From contig CAZIZK010000004.1 in assembly GCA_964544225.1 (NCBI GenBank), positions 883 through 64,882 of the forward strand: a stretch of DNA of 64,000 nt. The letters run 5' to 3'. Positions 57,832 through 64,000 of the stretch are shown here, piece after piece. The stretch is from an uncultured Candidatus Saccharibacteria bacterium. Its GTDB lineage: Bacteria; Patescibacteriota; Minisyncoccia; Phycocordibacterales; UBA9973. Under the pieces are notes generated by a model. It worked only from the letters and a program-made list of their open reading frames with translations. It ran no database searches and was not told the DNA's origin. The number at the start of each line of letters is the position of its first letter. The stretch's first letter is position 1. The position numbers and the translations under genes are program-made.

Positions 57832-58403
57832 TATGCTATATCCTCTGAGTCATCGATCATCTTCATGATCTTCACAACTTCATTTGGATAGTTTTTAATA
57901 ACAGTGTTATATTTACGCAATATTTGAAGAGTATTCTTACCATCATAGTGATGGGCGGCACCTCCGCCATTACCACCAAGATTCATCGATACTACTTCAA
58001 TAGCTTGATCAACAGATTTGAAAGCTATCTTACAGCCTCCCCATCCGAATCCATTGTTCTTACCCTTTTCACTTTTACATGCATGACGGTAAGCAGTAGA
58101 TTCACGAGCAACGATAGCTGCAGTTAGACGCCAATCGAGGTCATTCTTCTCCGCTTCCTCTACGAACTTCTCACCGTATCCTACAAGTGGTGAGTTAAGC
58201 TTTGCAAAGAACGCATCGACTGCTTCGGCCTTCTCCTTACGTACTTCGGCTTCTTGTAGGGTTATTACAATAGCTTCCGGCACGTTGTTATTAAGACTTG
58301 GTTGAACAGTGTTTGCAACTACTCCTGTCATTGGCAAACTTGCCGCAAACAATGGTATAGCCACAAAAGACTGTAGGAACCTTGTAATTGTTTTTTTATT
58401 CAT
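57831..58403 (-). CDS. secreted lysozyme-like / glucosaminidase-like protein (tentative cell-wall hydrolase)
   Basis: Signal peptide. DWRLTAAIVARESTAYRHA...NNGFGWGG resembles the FlgJ/mannosyl-glycoprotein glucosaminidase core. Weak. Confidence 0.3.
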   Translation of the reverse strand: MNKKTITRFLQSFVAIPLFAASLPMTGVVANTVQPSLNNNVPEAIVITLQEAEVRKEKAEAVDAFFAKLNSPLVGYGEKFVEEAEKNDLDWRLTAAIVARESTAYRHACKSEKGKNNGFGWGGCKIAFKSVDQAIEVVSMNLGGNGGGAAHHYDGKNTLQILRKYNTVIKNYPNEVVKIMKMIDDSEDIA

Positions 58404-58589
58404 AGTGTTGCGGTTGTGCTCCGCAGAACTCATGTCTGGATTGGTATTACCTTACCTTTCGAGGGGTAAAATAAAAAGCCCTTATATATAATCAATGTGA
58501 TTGATAACATATCAGGGACTCCTATATAGTATCACAAACCAACATAAAAGTCAATAGTTATACTACATATTTTAGGTGTGTCAAATATA

Positions 58590-58740
58590 AAAAACCCTTA
58601 TTTTATAAGGGTTTTTTATCTATTATGGTTTGACAAAATATCTTAAAAATTGTCTAATCAGCCTATTTTATAAGGGTTTTACAGGTTTTTGACAAAAAGT
58701 ACCTATTGTCCTATAAAAACCCTTATTTTATAACGAAATT
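58590..58740. repeat. cluster of three CCCTTATTTTATAAGGG-type palindrome / half-palindrome repeats (first copy is a terminator-like hairpin) downstream of secA
   Basis: aaaaACCCTTATtttATAAGGGTttttt (58590-58617), ctattttataagggtttt (58664-58681), aaaaacccttattttataacg (58717-58737). Two TTGACAAAA motifs sit in between. Confidence 0.55.
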
Positions 58741-58743
58741 AGC

Positions 58744-61218
58744 CTATTCATTGATTCCGTGGCACTTCTTGTACTTCTTGCCGGATCCACAAGGACACGG
58801 GTCATTGCGCCCCACTTTTGGTCCTTCATTACGCTTTGTTTTTGCATCTGGCTCCTCCTTTCCACTGGTACTTAGGATCAATTTTGGTGTTTCCTCTACC
58901 ACTTCAGCTACAGGATCTGGGCCAACATTCATTGTTTTTACCAGGGACACCACCTGTTCACGGAACATAGCCTCCATTTCCTTGAATAAATGCAAGCCCT
59001 CCTTCTTGTACTCGATCAATGGTTCCCTTTGGCCATAGGCACGCAAGTTTACCGAGCTACGAGTATAATCCATGGTCTCTAGGTGTTCTACCCATAGGTT
59101 ATCAGTAACATGTAGTGCTATACGGCGAAGTGTCTCTAGGAACACCCCTTCTCCGAATGCTTTCTTCTTTTCTTCTGCTATACCAACTATCTCTGGGTAA
59201 TCAGTGGCTAGGTCTTGAATAAAGGCTTCCAATTCAGGTGCTTCACCTAAAAGCATTATCTTACGTCGTGCATATATAGTATTGCGCTGTTGGTTCATGA
59301 CATTGTCGTATTCCAGTGTATGCTTACGAGCGTCAAAGTTAAAGCCTTCGATCTTCGCCTGAGCATTCTCGAGTGACTTGTTGATCATGCCGTTCTGGAT
59401 AGGCTGGTCTTCGGGTATGCCGAACTTGCCCATCATAGTCTTTATACGATCACTACCGAATACTCGCATTAGATCATCTTCGAGTGACACATAGAACTGT
59501 GTCTCACCTGGGTCACCCTGACGGCCGGCACGTCCACGAAGCTGGTTGTCGATACGGCGAGCTTCATGGCGCTCGGTACCTAGGACGAACAATCCACCAA
59601 GATTCTTGATCTCTTCATATGCTTCTTCATTGTATGGCACACCGCCGAGTTTTATATCCACTCCGCGCCCAGCCATGTTGGTGGCAATAGTTACAGCACC
59701 ACGCTTGCCGGCATTGGCAGTGATGGCACCTTCGCTCTCGTGATTCTTTGCATTTAGTACTATATGTGGAACGCCCGCTTCTGTTAGATATGCAGATAGT
59801 AGTTCGTTGCGCTCTATAGACACTGTACCTATCAATACAGGCTGACCCTTTTCGTTCAGTTCTTTTACCTTTTGGGCGATAGCCTTGAACTTACCCTTCT
59901 CGGTTTGGTATATAAAGTCATTTCTATCGATACGAGCGATGGGTCTGTGTGTAGGTACTACTGCTACGTCGAGGCCGTACACCTTGGCAAACTCTTCTTT
60001 TGAAGTTTCGGCTGTACCTGTCATACCAGAAAGCTTTGTATAGAATCGGAAATAGTTCTGGAAAGTAATAGATGCTACAGAGCGTGTCTCCTTTTGGATC
60101 TTTGCACCTTCCTTCGCCTCGATAGCTTGGTGAAGGCCCTCGCTCCATCGGCGGCCTGGTTGCATACGGCCAGTAAATGGGTCCACTATCATTACCTCGC
60201 CATCCTTTACAACATAGTCCTTGTCCTTCTCGAAAAGTGCGCGGGCACGGACAGCAGTCTCTAAGTGGTGAACATATTTAATACCCTTCTCGGTATAAAT
60301 GTTGGAAATTCCAAGTAGAGTCTCGGCTTTTGTGATGCCAGAGTCGGTCAGTGATATAGCCTTTAGCTTCTCATCAACTGTATAGTCTGTGTCACGAGAT
60401 AGCTCTTTGGAAATATTGGCGAACTTGTAGTACAAATCCTCAGACTCTTCCGCCTCAGAAGATATGATAAGTGGTGTACGAGATTCGTCTATCAATATAG
60501 AGTCGACCTCGTCGACTATCGCATAGTGGTGACCACGCTGAGATATGTCATTTACACTACGAGCTAGATTATCCTTTAGATAGTCAAAGCCAAATTCGTT
60601 ATTAGTACCATATGTAATATCCGCGGCATATGCTTCACGGCGAGTACATGGGCGCAAACATTCGTAGCGAACTTTAAAAGCTCCCTCCTCGCTACCATCA
60701 TCATCGCGCGATACATGTGTATCATCATATAGGAAAGATGCTCCAACAGAGTTCACCACACCTACACTCATGCCGAGCATGGAGAACACTGGGCCCATCC
60801 ACACAGCATCACGACGTGAAAGATAGTCGTTCACTGTTACCACATGCACACCTTTATTTGTCAGTGCATTTAAATACGCTGGCAGTGTTGCCATCAATGT
60901 CTTACCTTCACCTGTACGCATCTCGGCGATCATGCCACGGTGCAATACGATACCTCCAATAAGCTGAACATCATAGTGCCTAGTACCAAGAAAACGCAGT
61001 GAAGCCTCACGCACCAATGCATAAGCTTCCGGCAACAGACTATCTAGGCTCTCCCCCTCACCTAATCTTGCTTTTAATTTATTTGTATAATCCTTGAAAT
61101 CTGAATCTGCCAATGATTTCATATCAGACTCGAGCGTATTTATACGCTCTATTATAGGCTTTGTTTCCTTTAATATTTTTGTTGTTTCGTCTCCGAAAAT
61201 TGATTTAAATAATGCCAT
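58744..61218 (-). CDS. secA: preprotein translocase subunit SecA
   Basis: DEAD-like motor domains. C-terminal Zn finger [14 protein letters not shown]. 824 aa. Confidence 0.95.
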   Translation of the reverse strand: MALFKSIFGDETTKILKETKPIIERINTLESDMKSLADSDFKDYTNKLKARLGEGESLDSLLPEAYALVREASLRFLGTRHYDVQLIGGIVLHRGMIAEMRTGEGKTLMATLPAYLNALTNKGVHVVTVNDYLSRRDAVWMGPVFSMLGMSVGVVNSVGASFLYDDTHVSRDDDGSEEGAFKVRYECLRPCTRREAYAADITYGTNNEFGFDYLKDNLARSVNDISQRGHHYAIVDEVDSILIDESRTPLIISSEAEESEDLYYKFANISKELSRDTDYTVDEKLKAISLTDSGITKAETLLGISNIYTEKGIKYVHHLETAVRARALFEKDKDYVVKDGEVMIVDPFTGRMQPGRRWSEGLHQAIEAKEGAKIQKETRSVASITFQNYFRFYTKLSGMTGTAETSKEEFAKVYGLDVAVVPTHRPIARIDRNDFIYQTEKGKFKAIAQKVKELNEKGQPVLIGTVSIERNELLSAYLTEAGVPHIVLNAKNHESEGAITANAGKRGAVTIATNMAGRGVDIKLGGVPYNEEAYEEIKNLGGLFVLGTERHEARRIDNQLRGRAGRQGDPGETQFYVSLEDDLMRVFGSDRIKTMMGKFGIPEDQPIQNGMINKSLENAQAKIEGFNFDARKHTLEYDNVMNQQRNTIYARRKIMLLGEAPELEAFIQDLATDYPEIVGIAEEKKKAFGEGVFLETLRRIALHVTDNLWVEHLETMDYTRSSVNLRAYGQREPLIEYKKEGLHLFKEMEAMFREQVVSLVKTMNVGPDPVAEVVEETPKLILSTSGKEEPDAKTKRNEGPKVGRNDPCPCGSGKKYKKCHGINE

Positions 61219-61243
61219 AGTTGTTGTATTCTACCATAAAAAC

Positions 61244-61269
61244 AAAATCCCCGATAGAGAGGGGATTTT
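61244..61269 (-). terminator. terminator after small Lys-rich gene
   Basis: aaaaTCCCCgatagagaGGGGAtttt. Confidence 0.6.
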
Positions 61270-61298
61270 GTTAAAAAACTAGAACTCGAAGGGTGCTA

Positions 61299-61409
61299 TT
61301 ATGCGCGCTTCTTTGTTGTCTTCTTTGCTGCTTTCTTAACAGTCTTCTTTACAGTTTTCTTAACTGCCTTTTTTACTGTCTTCTTAGCTGCTTTCTTTTT
61401 TGCTGCCAT
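61299..61409 (-). CDS. 36-aa lysine/alanine-rich basic protein (histone-H1-tail-like repeats), absent from the ORF track
   Basis: MAAKKKAAKKTVKKAVKKTVKKTVKKAAKKTTKKRA. Own terminator downstream. Confidence 0.4.
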   Translation of the reverse strand: MAAKKKAAKKTVKKAVKKTVKKTVKKAAKKTTKKRA

Positions 61410-61724
61410 ATATTTTTTAAAAATTATTTTTTAAAGACGTGTGATACTACGACCTTACAAAAAGATTAAAAATATTTTTGTAAAATTTTTTTAATCACAC
61501 TTACATATATATTATCTTACATATTGAATACAACTGCAATATTTTTTTCAATAAAAGTGTGGATAACTTTCCAATTTTATTTTTTTGTAAAAAATTATAA
61601 AATTGAGAATCCCGTACTAAAATTTTACAAACTGAAATTTTACTTTAAAAAAAAATTTATAAAATAAAAAAATAATGTAATAAGAAAAGTTTTATTAAAT
61701 TTTTAGTATGGGATATAAATAGTA

Positions 61725-61762
61725 TTAATAAAAAAGAAAAACTCCAGCTTGCGCCGGAGTTC
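61725..61762 (-). terminator. terminator of RNase P RNA
   Basis: Minus strand: aACTCCggcgcaagctGGAGTttttctttttt. Confidence 0.55.
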
Positions 61763-61764
61763 TT

Positions 61765-62092
61765 CATATAATGACAGAGAATAATAAGCCGAATTCTGTA
61801 CCTCAGTAGATATTTATCTGGGCCTACAATTACTTGCAAGCTCTAGCGATTCTTCCCTCGATTACTCTTAGGACACGATCTTGCACACATGTAAGGATTT
61901 AGCCGTTTCACTTTTGTATTTCTACAAACTTCTCCCTAACGGGAGTCTAGCCTTTCGGCATTGACGTCACTGCTCGCACCTCTACCCTCACGGGCGATGG
62001 GTATTACCCACTACAATCCTCCTCTTACGAGGGTGTGTTCGGACTTTCCTCACCAAGTTTCCTTGGCGCATCTACTTCTTTTCTGTCACAAA
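61765..62092 (-). ncRNA. rnpB: RNase P RNA (bacterial type, divergent P4)
   Basis: Minus strand contains GAGGAAAGUCCGAAC (P4 5' strand) and, about 265 nt downstream, ACAGAAUUCGGCUUAU (P4 3' strand). GAA/UUC replaces the usual GGG/CCC, a compensatory pair. AGGGUAGAGG resembles CR-II AGGGCAGG. P1 is gacaga/tctgtc. A TATAAT -10 sits at + 62094-62099. Confidence 0.75.
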
Positions 62093-62093
62093 C

Positions 62094-62122
62094 ATTATAC
62101 CAGAAGAAAAGGTGCTTGACAA
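62094..62122 (-). promoter_or_regulatory. rnpB promoter (TTGTCA-17-TATAAT, minus strand); the same TTGACAA palindrome is also a plus-strand -35 (TTGACA-17-TATACT)
   Basis: + strand ggtgcTTGACAAccaccatactatttgaTATACTc. Minus strand TTGTCAagcaccttttcttctggTATAATg. Confidence 0.45.
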
Positions 62123-62346
62123 CCACCATACTATTTGATATACTCTTTGTGTGAGTTAATGATTCCAATAATTATTAAAAACAAATGCCTCACAAAACCC
62201 CCGCAAGGGGGTTTTGTGTTGGGTGGCGTTTTATCTATAGATAATATATAATATTTAGGCAGTCGCTTTTGTGTTTTCAGTCAGCGGCTGCGCTCACATA
62301 GGCATTTGTGTTGGGGTTAGCACCCGCTGACTAAAGGCACAAAAAC

Positions 62347-62377
62347 AAAAAGACCTCCGATTCCTCGGAGGTCTTTT
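62347..62377. terminator. bidirectional terminator after the 62388..63764 gene
   Basis: aaaAGACCTCCGAttccTCGGAGGTCTtttt. Confidence 0.7.
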
Positions 62378-62387
62378 TGTTTTTGTA

Positions 62388-63764
62388 TTAGTGATGCGCT
62401 ACGTGTGCAGACTTCTTCTTTGTTACTGTACGAACTATCATAGCTATAACAAGAATGATCAGTATCAGTATCAGCCAACCAAAGAATGTGTTCGGGAAGA
62501 AACTTCCACCTGATAGACCTACCGCTGCTGATAATGATGAAGAATCTGAATTCGAATTTGTTGTATTACTTGTTACAGTATTTGAAGATGAACTTGCATC
62601 CGCATTGTTAGTACCAGAGAAAGCACTTTTCACTTTATTGTAGATACGGTTAGTTGTACCTGTACTTGTATTACTACCACCGTTTGTACCATACATATAA
62701 TCATAAGTACGATATGTTGTACCACCACCTGTCGGATAGTATGGAGGGTTTGGTGGGTAATAAGGTGGGTTCGGTGGGTAGTAAGGATTTGGGTTTGGAT
62801 TGTATCCCCCATTGTTTGTAGTAATAGTTATATAACTTGTATCACTACTTGTACTGTTCGAAGCATACAATGTGTAAGTGTTTGTATTGGCTGATGGGTA
62901 CACAGCATAACTGGATGCTGATAGTGCATTGTAACCAGATGGTGACAGTGTCACATTTGTACAGTTGGTTGTATTCCATGACAAGTAAACAGTGTTACCA
63001 CGTGTTATGTAGTATGAATTTGCATTGAATGAACTAATGTAACACTTGTTACCTGTTGGTGTTGGTGGTGTGTAAGTACCAGCAAGTGTAGTAAATGACA
63101 GGACTGTAGTTGCACGTGTTGTGCCGTTGGCATTGACCCCTACTGCACGATAGTAATACGTAGTCAGAGGTGACAAGCCAGACAAGTTCGCTGAATAGTT
63201 ACCCGAGTTTGAACTTACAGAAATATTTGATGTAGTACTAGACAATGAGACACTGCTTGTGCCGTATTCGAAATACACAGAACCAAGATTATTGTTCATG
63301 TTGTAGAAGCCATTGAGTGTTGCAGAATATGAAGCAATATTTATAGCTGATGCTGTGCTCATAACAGGCATAACACTACTTGTAGTCTTTGTAGTAAAAG
63401 TAATTGTTGGATTACCCCATGTAGAACCGATACCGTTTGTACCTACAGCCTGTACATAATATGTTGTACCAGGTGTAAGGCCCGAGATTGTTACGCTATA
63501 GTTACCTGCTGTAAGTGCTGGCACTGTTGCAAGTGGTGACAAAGTACCCAAGATTGGAGATGTACCGTAGTCAAAGAATATCTGGGTCATACCTGATCCC
63601 CCATCGTTGTAGAAACCATTGAGTGTTGCTGATGTGGTAGTAACAGCTGTAGCAGAAGAAGTGCTCATAATAGGTGCAGTTGCAGCAAAAGTTGTGCCTG
63701 CAAAGCCAAATACGGCCACCAATGTAGCGATTCCAAGTATTAGTTTGTTTTGTATGTTTTTCAT
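62388..63764 (-). CDS. secreted two-Fn3-domain surface protein with Ser/Thr-rich stalk, PNPPYY proline repeats and C-terminal FPNTF-TM-basic tail (paralog B)
   Basis: Signal peptide MKNIQNKLILGIATLVAVFGFAGTTFA. Two Fn3-like repeats (...ATLNGFYN...FDYGTS...GLTPGTTYYVQAVGTNG... and ...ATLNGFYN...FEYGTS...GLSPLTTYYYRAVGVNANG). NPNPNPYYPPNPPYYPPNPPYYP. ...FFPNTFFGWLILILIILVIAMIVRTVTKKKSAHVAHH. Confidence 0.6.
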   Translation of the reverse strand: MKNIQNKLILGIATLVAVFGFAGTTFAATAPIMSTSSATAVTTTSATLNGFYNDGGSGMTQIFFDYGTSPILGTLSPLATVPALTAGNYSVTISGLTPGTTYYVQAVGTNGIGSTWGNPTITFTTKTTSSVMPVMSTASAINIASYSATLNGFYNMNNNLGSVYFEYGTSSVSLSSTTSNISVSSNSGNYSANLSGLSPLTTYYYRAVGVNANGTTRATTVLSFTTLAGTYTPPTPTGNKCYISSFNANSYYITRGNTVYLSWNTTNCTNVTLSPSGYNALSASSYAVYPSANTNTYTLYASNSTSSDTSYITITTNNGGYNPNPNPYYPPNPPYYPPNPPYYPTGGGTTYRTYDYMYGTNGGSNTSTGTTNRIYNKVKSAFSGTNNADASSSSNTVTSNTTNSNSDSSSLSAAVGLSGGSFFPNTFFGWLILILIILVIAMIVRTVTKKKSAHVAHH

Positions 63765-63816
63765 ATGTATTTATATGCCTATCTATACAGACGGGCCCTA
63801 TTAAATTAACTTACAG

Positions 63817-63846
63817 ATTATAGCATACTAGACCCCATTTTGTCAA
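63817..63846 (-). promoter_or_regulatory. consensus promoter TTGACA-18-TATAAT for 62388..63764, near-identical to the one at 42854..42883
   Basis: Minus strand: cTTGACAaaatggggtctagtatgcTATAATctg, then a 50-nt leader. Confidence 0.55.
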
Positions 63847-63910
63847 GTACTATCATTGACAAATGCCCTAAAATATGCTAATATACAGGCAAACAATAAT
63901 ACATCGAAAA

Positions 63911-64000
63911 ATGAAGAAAATCAGCTTGATTGCCCTTCTGGCGATCACAATCGGATCCTTGCACGCACAAGTAAAAAGCGTAACCTTAGATTCAACCAAA
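63911..64000 (+). CDS. secreted protein, 5' fragment (runs off window end)
   Basis: MKKISLIALLAITIGSLHAQVKSVTLDSTK, a signal-peptide-like start. Confidence 0.4.
   Translation, partial: MKKISLIALLAITIGSLHAQVKSVTLDSTK

Noticed and set aside
61556-61568. Perfect DnaA box (TTATCCACA on the minus strand) in a 330-bp, about 85% AT spacer; a second perfect box at 18356-18364
   Set aside because: Single isolated boxes. There is no cluster of 3 or more boxes, no dnaA/dnaN nearby, and no DNA-unwinding-element arrangement, so this is insufficient to call oriC.
61935-61945. ctaacggga inside rnpB matching the MITE terminal repeat
   Set aside because: A 9-mer match is expected by chance about 0.5 times in 64 kb on two strands, and there is no partner inverted repeat or target duplication.
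1-64000. CRISPR arrays, rRNA operons, integrase/transposase genes, restriction-modification or toxin-antitoxin pairs
   Set aside because: Searched by eye for regularly spaced direct repeats, rRNA signature sequences and recombinase motifs. None were found. The only tandem repeats are the 24-bp coding repeat at 10605-10668 and the palindromic clusters listed above. The small tandem ORFs at 36939-37301 in the gene desert have no toxin-antitoxin signatures.

Overview
This 64 kb window is low-GC bacterial chromosome and uses the standard genetic code: TGA is a stop, and the long genes are intact. Genes are compact, often overlapping or translationally coupled, and several are unusually short: IF-2 is 511 aa, S1 is 375 aa and DnaE is 1062 aa. 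Together with many pilin-like and surface proteins, this suggests a reduced-genome Patescibacteria/CPR-like organism; that placement is inference. The backbone is housekeeping: clpB (partial), cysteine desulfurase, infB-rbfA, gyrA, rpsA, pth, lepB-hisS-def-fmt, hpf, a cold-shock protein, a P-type ATPase, TerC, purA-guaB, gdh, purH, pepN, rsmE, rnhB, dnaE and secA. RNA genes are four clustered tRNAs (Cys, Leu-TAG, Lys-CTT, Leu-TAA), a tRNA-Asn, and an RNase P RNA that the ORF track does not show. The accessory or unusual content, in order of how strongly the sequence supports it:
- A family of about 85-120 bp miniature inverted-repeat elements with perfect 12-bp terminal inverted repeats and 4-bp target-site duplications, inserted exactly at start codons of purH, a membrane-protein gene and rsmE.
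- A six-gene tandem array of TrbC/VirB2-like (T4SS-pilin-like) paralogs on the minus strand, co-oriented with a solute-binding-protein-like gene and a methyltransferase. One member is a 569-aa Ig-like adhesin fused to the pilin module.
- Two paralogous Fn3-repeat surface proteins, 20 kb apart, that share a near-identical consensus promoter and a C-terminal sorting-signal-like tail.
- An AT-rich, gene-poor segment abutting the 3' end of tRNA-Asn, with a YD-repeat remnant, orphan ORFs and a promoter-to-terminator small-RNA candidate.
- A translationally coupled pair of membrane proteins whose cytoplasmic tails both begin with His/Asp-rich repeats.
No CRISPR array, rRNA, integrase or transposase ORF was seen.
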